NCBI RefSeq assembly: GCF_963921235.1
Contig: NC_086097.1
Span: 144,586,001-144,650,000, forward strand
Source: Mobula hypostoma
Lineage: Eukaryota
Length of the DNA: 64,000 nt
Reading direction: 5' to 3'
The position numbers and the translations under genes are program-made. Below the pieces are notes generated by a model. That model was not told the DNA's origin. It searched no databases and saw only the letters and a program-made list of their open reading frames with translations. Below are positions 1 to 12,640 of this stretch, piece by piece; the stretch's first letter is position 1, and every line of letters starts with the position of its first letter.

Positions 1-2462
1 AGTAAAGTAAGGGGAATACATGAAGTGGGCTACTCAAGCTGACTGAATGGGGAAGGAGAGATTGGGTGAACCAAGTTGGTCGAGGTAGTCTTGAGGAAGA
101 CTTCACAGAATCCATCCACAGTGGCTTTCTTGAACAGCATATTACTGAATCTACAAGGGAACTGGTCCTGTGCAATGAGACAGGTAAAATAAGCGATCTG
201 GTAGTTAGGGATCCTCTTTGAAAGATTGATCATAGTAAGTTTGAGTTTCTCATACAAATGGAGAGTGTAATAGTTTGATCTAAAACCAGTATATTATGCC
301 TAAACAATGGAGACTACAATAGGTTGAGGGTGGATTTGGCCAGTGTAGACTGGGAACACAGGCTACATGGTGGGACTGTTAAGAAACAGTGGTAGGCTTT
401 CAAAGAAGTTTTTCACGGTGCTCAACAAAAGTATGTTCCACCTGAAAGCAAGGACAGTAGGGATGGAGAGAGCCAGCCTTGCATAACTAAGAAAATAAAA
501 GAAGGCATCAAACTAAAAGCTTGTGCGTGCAAATTCACCAGGGGTAGTGGGAAACTAGAAGATTGGGAAAACTTTAAAAAGCATCAAAGAACCACTAGGC
601 AAGCAATAAATAAAGGGAAGCTAGATCATGAAAATAAGTTAGCACAAAATATCAAAACGGATAGTATAAGTTTTTATAATTATATAAAGGGTGGCCAAAG
701 GTCCCTTGGAGGATGAGAAGGGGGAATTGATAGAGGGTAATGAGGAAATGGCAGAGGCTTTTAACGACTATTTTGTGTCAGTCTTCATGGTGGAGGATAT
801 GTGCAATATGCAAAAGAGAAATGTTATGGAAGCAATGGGAGGTGAGGACCTTGCTACAAGAGGTAGTGCTGAGAAAACTTGTGGGCCTGAAGATGGATAA
901 GTCCCCTGGTCCTGATGGAATGCATCCCAGGGTACTGAAAGAAATGGCAGAAGTTATAGTAGAGGCTCTGGTGATAATTTACCAAAATTCTCTGGACTCT
1001 GGGCAGGTCCCTGTGGATTGGAAGATCGCGAATGTCATGCCACTGTTCAATAAAAGATGTAGGTATAAGACAGGTAACCATAGACCAGTTAGTTTAACCT
1101 GTATCTGGGAAAATGCTTGAAGCTATCATTAAAGAAGAAATAGCGAGGCATCTGGTAAGAAATGGATCCATCAGGCAGTCACAGCATGGATTCAGCAAAG
1201 GCAGGTCCTGTTTGACAAACTTACTGGAGTTCTTTGAGGATATAATGAGCACAGTGGATAGAGGGGAACAGATGGACATTACTTACTTGGATTTCCAGAA
1301 AGTGTTCGATAAGGTGCCACGTAAAATACTTATTCATAAGATAAGGATGCATAGAGTTAGGAGTGATGTTTTAGCATGGATAGGGGATTGGTTAACTAAT
1401 ACAAAGCAGAGAGTTGGAAAACATAGGTGTTACTCTGGCTGGCAATCAGTGGTGAGCGGTGTGCCACTGGGGGCGGTTCCGGGTCCACAACTGTTCATGA
1501 TATACATTAACAAACTGGAAGAGGAGACCGAGTGTAGTGTATCTAAGTTTGCCAGTGATAGTAAATTGAGTGGAAAAGCAACTTGTGCAGAAGATATGGA
1601 GAGTCTGCAGAGGGATATAGATAGGTTAAGTGAGTTGGCAAAGGCCTGGCAGATGGAGTACAATGTTGCTAAATGCAAGGTCATCTACTTCGGAAGGAAA
1701 AATGGAAGAGCAGATCATTATTTAAATGGTAAAAAATTACAGCATGCTGCTGTGCAGAGGGACTTGGGAGTGCTTGTGCACGAATCACAAAAGTTGGTTT
1801 GCAGGTGCAGCAGGCTGTCAAGAAGGTAAGTGGAATGTTGGCCTTCATTGCTAGAGGGATTGAATTTAAAAGCAGGGAAGTTATGCTGCAGCTGTTCAGG
1901 GTACTGGTGTACCATAATGCAGTTCTGGTCTCCTTACTTGAAGAAGGATATACAGGCTTTGAAGGTGATGCAGAGGTTGTTCACCAGGTTGATTCCAGAG
2001 ATGAGGGGGTTAGACTGTGAGGAGAGATTGAGTCACCTGGGACTGTACTCACTGGAATTCAGAAGAATGAGAGGATATCTTATAGAAACATATAAAAATA
2101 TGAAAGGGATAGATAAGATAGAAGCAGGAAAGTTGTTTCCACTGATCGGTGAGACTAGGACTAGCAGATATAGCCTCCAGATTTGGGGGAGTAGATTTGG
2201 GATGGTGATGAGGAGGAATTGCTTTTCCCAGAAGATGATGAATCTGTGGAATTCTCTGCCCAATGTAACAGTGGAGGCTACCTCAGTAAGTATACTTAAA
2301 ACAGGTTGGATAGATTTTTGCATAGTAGGGGAAATAAAGGTTATGGGAAAAAGGCAGGTAGGTGGAGATGAGTCCACGGCCCGATCAGCCATGATCTTCT
2401 TGAATGGCGGAGCAGGTTCTATAGGCCAGATGGCCGACTCCTGCTCCTATTTCTTATGTTCA
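1..2462 (+). mobile_element. CR1-clade LINE, decayed ORF2 (end of endonuclease, RT) plus 3' UTR; truncated by window edge
   Basis: Frameshifted ORFs 740-2465 carry CR1 motifs KSPGPDGMHPRVLKE, SQHGFSKGRSCLTNLLEFFE, YLDFQKVFDKVP, SGVPLGAVPGP, SKFASDSKL, LGLYSLEFRRMRG. 3' end reads CTCCTGCTCCTATTTCTTATGTTC. Confidence 0.95.
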
Positions 2463-4099
2463 TAAGCAGGATAGGAGAATCAGCAGATTTATTCTGAAAG
2501 GCAGAACTAGAGGAAGTTGCAAGAAAAGACTAGAACAATGTTATTGGTAGACTTGTAGAAATCAATAAAAAGAAACTTGTCTGAACAGGATACACAGAAT
2601 GGAGCAGAGAAGAGTGCTATTTAAATACTCAATATTCTTTTTAATGCATTCAAGCCTATTTAACACTTGCCCATGATACAATTACAGAACCTTGTTCCAG
2701 ACAGGCAAAGGACTCATAAGGTGAAGTCTAATTCCATCAAATCTTGATTCATTCCAGGCCAATTGAAACATCTTGTTTGCCATACTTATTCAATAATATT
2801 TAGATAGAACAATAGGAATTACACTATCCAAATCAATTTTGGCACATAGTTCCTATGTTCCTATGTCATGAAGCCAAGATAGTATTTTAATTTTGTGCAC
2901 CATTTAATACCAAATGCTGCATTGAGCTCCTATATTTTGTGCCAGTCAATGCGCCCTCCTGGCTCACTGTCAGTACCTCAATGGTAATTGATTTTCCCCA
3001 CAAGTTCTTGGCTGTGGTTTTCTCCCAGTGTGTTACACTGTTTACCCATTATGATCAGTTAGCCCAGCTTATGGCCTGATGGTAATGAGGTGCAGGGGTT
3101 AAAATGGCCCAAAACTTTCATGAGCAAAGAGGAGCAGCCTGTGATATGGGCCGTGCTGCCTTACTGAATTTGCACCTTGAGTTAAAATGGTTATTTTAGA
3201 ATTGACGAATAAATAAAAAGAGCAAAGGACCAGACGTAGCAAAGAGACTTTGTACATGAATCAAATATTGACAAGAAAATCCTTAAGCTGCTGGCTAAAC
3301 AGGAACTCCATACAGTTGCAGCACAAAGCAGCAATGGATATTTTAAGGGTTAAGCTATTAAGTTTGGAATGTCTGTGTTGTATAAGGCAATATTGTACCA
3401 AGTATATCGAAGGAACACAGCAGGTAGTGGGCTTTGTACAAGAGATTAGAGCTGTCTTAGCTATTGCTATGGTAACAGCATATCTATGCAGGGAGACTGT
3501 CTGCTTATTGATGACAGGAACTGCAACATTACACTTAGAATTAAAAGAAATTTCAGTTCCAAATTTTCAGTCATTGAAGAAAGAGTAGGCTCTTCAGCCT
3601 GTTGTACCTTTTCCAATATATGAGGGAGGCTGAGTGGTATCACCGCTCCAAATACCTGTTGTCAGTCCGTCTTTTACATTTACCGACACATGAACAAAAT
3701 CAGCTAGTCTCAGTACCGAACTTCCATTTGGCTCATCATTAATTTGTGGGAGAGAATTTCACATACCATTAACATATGAGGAGATAAAGAGGAATTAAGG
3801 ACCAAAGGTCACAGTCGCAGAATGAGTGATTGGCCTTTTCGAATGGAGCTATAGAGACATTTCTTCAAATGGATTGTGATTTTTTTCAAATTCTCAACCC
3901 CCATATGCATATTGTGTATATTCAAGGCAACGTGCAATGGGGTTTTTCACAGCAAAAGATGTGGGAATTGTGTAGAAAAGTGGAGATGATGTTGAAAATC
4001 AGTCAAGATCTTATTCAGTGGCAGCAAAAAGGTCAAAGGGATAAAGTATTTTTTATGTTGTATGTTTAATGTTGTAATGTTTGTGTTTATAAGTGTTTC

Positions 4100-4275
4100 T
4101 ATTTCAAAGTTTCAAGTTTCAAAGTATATTTATTATTAAAGAGTGTCTAAATTACGCAACCTTGAGATTTGTTTGCTTACAGGCAGCCACAAAGCAAGAA
4201 ACTCGACTAAAAAATAAAATAAACACCAACACCCAATGCACAGAGAACGGAGAAAAAAATACAAATCATGCAAAC
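4100..4275 (-). mobile_element. 3' tail fragment of a Rex1/Babar-like LINE or its non-autonomous partner
   Basis: On the minus strand AATAATAAA is followed by a (TTTGAA)-like tail; similar 3' ends occur at 45043-45120 and ~36610-36660. Confidence 0.55.
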
Positions 4276-4713
4276 CTCCTGAAATGCCTATCTTTATCAT
4301 TTTGTCCTATAATAGATATCTTTGCCAGAGTTTCTCCAACCTATAGCATCCTTTTATTATGTTAAATATCTTGCTTAATTTACTTCTCTGAGAAATAAAC
4401 ATCATGGGTATATATAGTTTGACATACTATGTACAGAACAGAAACAGACTATTTAGTCCATTAATCCAGCTTAAGCTTCACATAACCTTCCTCTCCCTTC
4501 TCTTTATCTAACCCCTCATCAGTATAACTTCCTGTTTCTCTCTCACCCCATTTCTCTTCAAGTATAATTCTTTATTTGCCTCAGCTACTCCATGTGATAG
4601 TGAAATCCACATTATTATGATCCTCTGTGTAAAGTTTCCGCTCTGGTGCCAGGGGTTTTGCAGACCTAGGCAACTTCCTCCAGTTCATCCACAAAACAGC
4701 CTCTTCTTCATCG

Positions 4714-6973
4714 CTACCTTGCCGAGGCACAGCAACAACTCGCGGATACCTCCTCTTATTTACCCCTCGATCATGACCCCACTAAGGAGCACCAGGCCAT
4801 TGCCTCCCACACCATCACCAACTTTATCAGCTCAGGGGATCTCCCATCCACTGCTACCAACCTTATAGTTCCCACACCTCGCACTTCCCGTTTCTATCTC
4901 CTACCCAAGATCCACAAACCTGCCTGTCCAGGTAGACCTATTGTCTCAGCTTGCTCCTGCCCTACCAAACTCATTTCTGCATACCTCTACACAGTTTTAT
5001 ACCCCCTTGTTCAATCCCTTCCTACCTATGTTTGTGACACTACTCATGCTCTGAATTTTTTCAATGATTGTAAGTTCCCTGGCCCCCACCGCTTTACTTT
5101 CACCATGGATGTCCAGTCCCTACGTATCTCCATCCCCCACCAGGAAGGTCTCAAAGCTCTCCACTTCTTTTTGAATTCCAGACCTAACCAGTTCCCCTCT
5201 ACCACCACTCTGCTCCATCTAGCGGAATTAGTCCTTACTCTTAATAATTTCTCCTTTGGCTCCTCCCACTTCCTCCAACTAAAGGTGTAGCCATGGGCAC
5301 CCGTATGGGTCCCAGCTATGCCTGCCTCTTTGTTGGCTTTGTGGAACAATCTATGTTCCAAGCCTATACTGGTATCTGTCCCCCACTTTATCTTCGCTAC
5401 ATCGACGACTGCATTGGCGCTGCTTCCTGCATGCATGCTGAGCTCATTGACTTCATTAACTTTGCCTCCAACTTTCACCCTGCCCTCAAGTTTACCTGGT
5501 CCATTTCTGACACCTCCCTCCCCTTTCTTGATCTTTCTGTCTCTATCTCTGGAGACAGCTTTTCTACTGATGTCTACTATAAGCCTACGGACTCTCACAG
5601 CTATCTGGACTATTCCTCTTCTCACCCTGTCTCTTGCAAAAATGTCATCCCCTTCTTGCAATTCCTCCGTCTCCGCCGCATCTGCTCTCAGGATGAGGCT
5701 TTTCATTCCAGGACGAAGGAGATGTCCTCCTTTTTTAAAGAAAGGGGTTTCCCTTCCTCCACCATCGACTCTGCTCTCAAATGCATTGCTCCCATTTCAC
5801 GCACATCTGCTCTCTCTCCATTCTCCCGCCACCCCACTAGGAATAGGATTCCCCTTGTCCTCACCTGTCACCCCACCAGCCTTCAGGTCCAACATATAAT
5901 TCTCCGTAACTTCCGCCACCTCCAACGGCATCCCACCACTAAACACATCTTTCCCTCCCCCCCGCTCTGCTTTTCACAGGGATCGTTCCCTACGCGACTC
6001 CCTTGTCCATTCGTTCACCCCCCCATCCTTTCCCACTGATCTCCCTCCTGGCACTTATCCTCGTAAGCGGAACAAGTGCTACACCTGCCCTTGCACTTCC
6101 TCCCTTACCACCATTCAGGGCCCCAGACAGTCCTTTCAGGTGAGGCGACACTTCACCTGTGAGTCGGCTGGGGTGATATACTGTGTCCGGTGCTCCAGAT
6201 GTGGCCTTCTATATATTGACGAGACCCGATGCAGGCTGGGAGTCCATTTTGCTGAACACCTACGTTCTGTCCGCTAAAGAAAGCAGGATCACCTAGTGGC
6301 CACATATTTTAATTCCACGTCCCACTCCCATTTTGATATGTTTATCCACGGCCTCCTCTACTGTCAAGTTGAAGCCACACTCAGGTTGGAGGAACAACAC
6401 CTTATATTCCATCTGGGTAGCCTCCAACCTGATGGCATGTACATTGACTTCTCTAACTTCCGTTAATGCCCCACCTCCCCTTCATACCCCATCCATTATT
6501 TATTTATTTATTAAAGATTTATTTATTTATTTAGTTAGTTAGTTAGTTAGTTAGTTAGTCAGTTATTTTTAATTTTTTTCCTCTCTCCCTCTCTCTCTCC
6601 TTTTCCTCCCTCTGTCCCTCTCACTATACTCCTTGGCCATCTTCTGGGCTCCGCCCCACTTTCTTTCTCCCTAGGCCTCCCGTCTCATGATCCTCTCCCT
6701 TCTCCAGCCTCATATCCCTTTTGCCAATCCACTTTCCAGCTCTTAGCTCTATCCCTCCCCCTCCTGTCTTCTCCTATCATTTCGGGTCTTCCTCCCCCTC
6801 CCACTTACAAATCTCTTACTATCTCTTCTTTCAGTTAGTTCTGATGAAGGGTCTCGGCTCGAAACGTTGACTGTACCTCTTCCAATGGATGCTGCCTGGC
6901 CTGCTGCGTTCACCAGCATTTTGTGTGTGTGTTGCTTGGAATTCCAGCATCCGCAGATTTTCTCGTGTTTGCA
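4714..6973 (+). mobile_element. Penelope-like element (RT + GIY-YIG endonuclease), 5'-truncated and decayed, with terminal repeat
   Basis: ORFs 5105-6039 carry MDVQSL, AMGTRMGPSYACLFVG and YLRYIDDC. Cys-rich linker and GIY-YIG-like segment (VIYCVRC...LYIDET) at ~6070-6440. A pyrimidine-rich 3' region with (TTTA)n/(TAGT)n leads to the terminal repeat. Confidence 0.93.
6837..6872 (+). ncRNA. Minimal type I hammerhead ribozyme motif in the Penelope-like terminal repeat
   Basis: AGTT-CTGATGA-AGGGTCTCGGCTC-GAAAC-GTT-GACT: conserved core boxes CUGANGA and GAAA, short stem II, palindromic ACGT in place of stem III, stem I AGT(C/T)/GACT. Confidence 0.75.
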
Positions 6974-7014
6974 TTCTTCTTCATCTTCTTCTTTCTCACA
7001 TCTTTCTTTTCTTT

Positions 7015-7750
7015 TCAAGGTGGCTGGGGTCCTTGTTCTATGGTTGAAGCTTAAACTCCACAAGCGATTGGTTCTTGCTCTTGGACTCACCATACGGCCT
7101 GGCATTTTGACATCTCCAGGTGTGGCCTGGAAGATGTGCATCTTCGGGTCATGGACAACCCAGTTCCTTGCCAATGTTGCCAACTGAAGCGTCGCTGGAG
7201 ACTGAAACATCAAGACAGCAGATGGTGTACGCTGCTGTCAGAAGAAGACCCCTGTACTTGAGCAATTCTCTCTCTCTCTCTTTTTGATGGTGAGTGAGAG
7301 CCTGCCAGTCCTCGAGTCAGGAGACTCGGAGAAGCGACAAGGAAGATTGTAACATTGAAACAGTGAGCTGTTGGTCTGCCCTCTCACTGTTTCAGGAGTG
7401 ATTTCTCTGTCCCTCACGAGTGAGAGCGAGCCTGTCTGACATACCAAAGTGTTGTGTTGGACTGTATTTCTTGGTAGACTCTAGATCAAAGTCTCTTTGT
7501 GGGCCTTGCTATCGCTTGCATGGTGGGGGGAGGGGGTGTGCTTTTGCTGGTGCAAGAGGAGAGAGGGGAAAGCGAGGGTTGATGCTCTTCAGTGCTGCTT
7601 ATGTGTGGTAGGGGGATGGGCTCTTAGTGGTTCTGATGCTTCTGTGTCCCAATCTTTCGGGTTTTTTCCTGTTTCGCAGATGTCTGTGAAGAGTAAGAAT
7701 TTCAGGTAGTATACTGTATACATTCTCTGATATTAGATTGAGCCATTGAA
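7015..7750 (+). mobile_element. Non-coding (non-autonomous) retroelement with a LINE-like 3' end
   Basis: No coding motifs. Ends GAAGAGTAAGAATTTCAGG...TATACATTCTCTGATATTA...ATTGAA, similar to the 3' end at 36610-36660. 5' boundary uncertain. Confidence 0.5.
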
Positions 7751-8314
7751 TATTCTGCTATATTTACTGACATCAGTTTTATATTTATGAACCTTCATTT
7801 TGTTTTTCCCCAAAAGAGAATTCCTCTTTTCTCTATAGCTACCCTATCAAAAATCCTTCTTTAATCCAACAATTTCTATTAGGTCCCCTATTAGTATTCT
7901 CCTTCCTAGGAAAAGGAGCTCACTATGTACACATTTTTCTGGTATTTGTTGCTTCTCAAATCTGCTGTTATTTTTGTAAATCCATTTTGCACATTCTCCA
8001 ATGTTTTGAGTAATAAAATAGAAACATACAATCATTAATAGACTGGAAAAATCATCTATAAATTTTGTTTTCCAATGTAAGGGCTAAAGTAGGCACAACT
8101 AAACATTTGGAAAGTTGGTTCATATCACACTTACACAATTTTGGTAAACTGTCATGATATTGGGGTTTGAGCACACACTAAAATTCCAGAAGAATGTTCC
8201 ATTGCCAAACAGAAATCAGTTTGCAATGTGAATGTGAATGCTGTCACCTTGCATTTCCATACCAGGCAATGCACTGATAATCACAGGGATGTTGCAATTG
8301 GGACAACTTGAACA

Positions 8315-8680
8315 ATCAGAATCAGAGTCAGCATTACTGTCACTGTCTTACATGGCATGAAATGTGTTGTTTAGTGGCACCAATACAGTGCAAAGTTATA
8401 ATGTCACTATAAATTCCAAAATAAATAAATAGTACCAAAAAAATTAATGAGGAGTAATGGACCATTCATAAATCTAGTGATGGAAAAGAAGAAGTTTCTC
8501 CTGAATCTTTGAATGTGGTTCTTTAGACTCCTGTATCTCCTCCCCAATGAGAAGTGGAAATGTCTTGGACGGTGAGGGTTCTTACTGATGGCTCCTGCCT
8601 ACTTGAGGTACAATCCCTTGAAAGTGTCCTCAACGATTAGGAGGATTGTGTCTGTGATAGAGCTGGATGAGTCTACATTT
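8315..8680 (-). mobile_element. Rex1/Babar-like LINE 3' fragment (old)
   Basis: (TCTGAT)n tail on the minus strand; degenerate similarity to the copies at 13644-14161 and 42214-42781. Confidence 0.65.
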
Positions 8681-9329
8681 AGGGGCTTGTAGTTGTCACA
8701 AACTCATTACCTAAAAGGGTGTCTAAAGCAAAAATCCTCATGATATTTAATAGGTATCTGAATGTGTACTTGAAGAGCCACAACCTGCAGATGTTGAGCA
8801 GTTCTTTTTAACTGGCGTGTACACAATTTTCTCTTTGTTGTATGTTTTCAGATAATTTCTCTGAAAAGCTCTGATTACTATGACTTATGTGGGATCATGA
8901 AACATTTATAGGTTACTTGTTAGATTATTTCTTCTGACTTCTGATGCAATATAGTTTGTAGTTTACACATGGCTAATGCTTAAGGAGTCTTCAGCAAGTG
9001 CTTTAACTATTGCCGAAGATCGTTTAAAAGCTTACGTAAAGCAAGGTACATCATTATAAAGGTAATCTGGCACTGAGCTCAATTTCAGGATGAAGAAGCT
9101 ACATAGACCAATGTAAGTTGCTAGAGTGGGGGAAAAGAATAGAGTTGAAGAGCATTAGGAGGATTCCAAGTGTCTCTTTGAAGGAATTCCTTTACCTCAG
9201 CTTCATAATGGTGAATGCCTGAGATGTTTTCTGCTGACTTCTGCAGCTGCCATTGGCATCTCAAAAGCAGGACAAGAACAGCAACACCTGAAACTGTCTG
9301 GTGACTTTTATTTTGCCTGCACATTTCTC

Positions 9330-9890
9330 TTCTCAGTTAGCCACTTTATTAAGTACGGGAGGAAGTTAATAAAGTTGCCACTGAGTGTATTTCTGTATGT
9401 TTATGGTCTTCTGTTACTGTAGACCATCCATTTCAAAGTTCGACGTTCAGAGATGCTCTTCTGCGCACCACTGTTGAACATGTGAGCTACTGTTCCCTTC
9501 CTCTCAACTTGAATCAGCCTGTCATTCTCCACTCACCTCTTTCATTAACAAGACATTTTTGCCCACAGAACTGCCACTCACTCGATTTTCTTTTTTCTGT
9601 TTTTGCTGCATTTTTTGTAAACTCTATAGAATGTTATGAATGAAAATCCCAAGACATCAGCAGTTTCTGAGATACTCGAACTACCCTGTCTGGCACTAAC
9701 AGTCATTCTACAGTCAAAGTCACTTAGATCACACTTCTTCCCCATTATGATATTTGATCTGAACAACATATGAACCTTTTGACCATGACTGCATGCTTTT
9801 GTGCAGAGAGTTGCTGACACATGATTAGCTGATTAGATATTTGCATTAACAAGTTGATGTACAGGTGTACCAAATGAAGTGGCCACGGCG
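9330..9890 (-). mobile_element. Internally deleted Tc1/mariner DNA transposon
   Basis: ORF 9578-9820 (-) encodes MGKKCDLSDFDCRMTVSARQGSSSISETADVLGFS..RVY, a Tc1 N-terminal HTH. Terminal inverted repeats CTCAGTTAGCCACTTTATTAAGTAC and GTACCAAATGAAGTGGCCACGGCG, with TA at 9891. Confidence 0.85.
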
Positions 9891-10249
9891 TATATGAAAA
9901 AACATTGAAACATGAATCATAAAACACATGAAACTCCAAGGATATTTTATTGCCTCTTTGGAGTTGAACAGGCAGAGTGATCATGAGATTTGCAAAGACC
10001 TTTTAATTCACCATTTTGCAATCAGCCACTGATCCTGCTCACAATGCCAAAAAGACGCAGTCATTTTCATGAACTTAAAGGGATCTAAAAGGATTCTGAT
10101 CCCTCATTATGCAGCTGATGTGGAACTGTAGCAGAACTCTATTTGCATAAATACTTATTACCTCCACAGCAGTTCTCTTTGTTTTTTTATTTGATCCACT
10201 ATGCAAGTCAAAGCTGGAATTAGTTGCCCGCTCAAAATATGTTTCATAA

Positions 10250-10412
10250 CTGCAGGCTAAAGTTGTAATTATCTATGCTATATGTGCTGTGTGTGACTGT
10301 TGGTCCTCTGGCTTGCTCCTTGGCCCCAGAGGAACGCTGTTTCTTTTCCTGTATTCATGTGTATAGTTGAATGACAATTAAACTTGAACTTGAATTCAAA
10401 CTTTAACTTGAA
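10250..10412 (+). mobile_element. LINE 3' UTR fragment with (ACTTGA)n tail
   Basis: GTTGAATGACAATTAAACTTGAACTTGAA; the reverse complement is seen at 38138-38215 at the end of a Rex-like LINE. Confidence 0.6.
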
Positions 10413-10828
10413 ATCCATGTACACATATGTGTAGTAGGCCTACAGTGCTGCTGTGTGAAGTGTTACAGGCCACACACTGGTACACTGAGCCAATGTTTCC
10501 AGAGCTTGCATTGGACGAACCTTGTGATAATCAGCTGTGAAGTTGAAGATTTGCAACAATATGTAAAACAACCTTACTAAGTAAAGATATAGTCTATGTC
10601 ACTAGCTATCATATGAGCTGCTGAGGAACATGCGTAGAAGGATGAGGAGAAAGCAGAGTGCAAAGAAGTGCAACAGGAAATGGAGAGCAGGAAATGAAGG
10701 GAACCTATAATCACAAAATGCAAAATGATGTAAATTATTCACCATCATGCATTCTTTCTGTGCCTGCCAGTTTGTGACTTTGTATATTCCAATATTTCTA
10801 AAGAGTGAGTTTCAAGAAGTGAGTTTTA

Positions 10829-11473
10829 GGCGGAAGGAGAAGATGGCAGCGTGACGCAGCGCGCACAGCTCTCCGGTGAAATGATATCGTATCTGTTAAA
10901 TAGGGGCCGTGGACAATTCTGATTTGATGGAGACAGACGTGAAAACACAAAGGAATATCTGGAGAAATTTCTGAAACGCCTGTTTGCTGCCGCTGTTACT
11001 GTGTGATCGAGAATCTCCAGAAGGAAGGCCCCAAAATCCCCGGCTTTGCCTGCTGCTGGCGATGCGAGGCTGAGGTCAAAGCGTTTGGATAGAGACGGTG
11101 CTCGGTACTCGGTGTCGGAGGGCTGATCAGGGCTCGAAGTTTTCGGACGACTCAGAGTCAGACTGTGGTCGGGTATGGCAGGGAGAGTTTTCTTCCTTCT
11201 CCTGTCCGCGTGAAATGTGGGATTTTCGAGAGACTTTGAACTTTTTTACTGTGCCCATGGCCTGTTCTTCATCAAGTTATGGTATTGTTGCACTGTTGTA
11301 ACTATATGTTCTAATTATGTGGTTTTTGTTAGTTTTTCAGTCTTGGTCTGTCCTGTGTTTCTGTGATATCACACTGGAAGAATATTATATCATTTCTTAA
11401 TGCATGCATTACTAAATGACAATAAAAGAGGACTGTATGTCCTCATAATCTAATCTAATCTAATAATCTAATC
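10829..11473 (+). mobile_element. ~640-bp non-coding retroelement with CpG-rich head and (TAATC)n tail
   Basis: Starts GGCGGAAGGAGAAGATGGCAGCG; CpG-rich relative to flanks; AATAAA at ~11421 and tandem TAATC tail at 11446-11473. Confidence 0.65.
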
Positions 11474-12196
11474 AAGGGCCACAACATGGATGGTGAAAAT
11501 CCAATGAACTTGAATTAAGAAGGGCATTCCTGGGCTTCTTAAAGCCAGGAAAACCTGGGATAGACACTGTCCCTTCTCAACAGCACAAAAACAGACAGAA
11601 TTTGTGAAAAGTTCACAGCAAAATAATGGTGTCATAGAAGGGCAGAGAGAAGTGCTTTCATCTTGTGTGACAAAGCAGGTTTGATTTCCAGTTGGCGCTG
11701 GCCCCCTTCCCACTACTCCAGAACTCAGAGAGAGCAAATTGATGAGCTATTGTTCAGACTTGGAAGCTCCTTTGGTATCAAAGCCATGAACTTGAACTGT
11801 GCCGCAGATCAGAGCCCTTTGGCAAAATCCTGCCTATATTCCAACAAAACGTCTATCGTTAGGTCAAGCATCATCTGTCAGACAGACTGCTCATCAGAGC
11901 AATGGGGAACTTGTAAATTTGTCAGTATATTAATTGAGATGAACAATGCTGACGGACATTAATTAGGAGGTTTGAGTAATGGGATGTTTGTGGATAAAGA
12001 TATAGCAAGAGCTGCATTAAAATAGTTTGTATGCTGATTTATTAATTGATACATTAATATGTAATTCTTAATGTGCATCAAGTAAAAGTAAAAGTATATA
12101 CTGATACATTAATTGAAATAATGCAGTGACGAGCATTCAGTTAATTGACAAATTAATTTAATGGTTAGTATGCCTTGTTTATGGGTCTGAAAATAT

Positions 12197-12640
12197 TCAG
12201 ATTCAGACTCATTTATTTATTACCTGTATACTGAAACATACGGTGAAATGCGTCATTTGTCTGAACAACCCACACATCCTAAGGATGTGCTGGGGTTAGA
12301 CCGCAAGTGTCACCACACATTCTGGTGCCAACATAATATGCCCACCATATTCGCAGAACATGCACTCAACAAACAAAAGAACATCAGCAACAAAACAAGT
12401 CCCTTCCTTCCCTCATACACACCCTCCCAAGCACACATACAGACGGTCCTCTAAACCTAGGACAGGCCATCCCCAGGCCTACAGCCTCTAGTGAACTCAA
12501 ACTCGCAAACATTGTGCCTTCCCTAGTGGGCTTGCAGACCTAAGTTTTGGCAACTGGACCTTGGCTTCTGAACTCCCGATCTTTGGACTTTGATCCTCGG
12601 TATCGCCCCCAGGATTCACCAATAACAACAAATGAGGAAC
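12197..12640 (-). mobile_element. Retroelement 3' fragment with (TCTGAA)n tail
   Basis: Minus-strand AATAAA plus short tandem tail at ~12197-12220; a related fragment lies at 42785-42915. Confidence 0.5.

Noticed and set aside
5044..5899. Long alternative-frame and antisense ORFs over the Penelope elements (also 15743-17746)
   Set aside because: Shadow ORFs of the compositionally skewed RT coding sequence.
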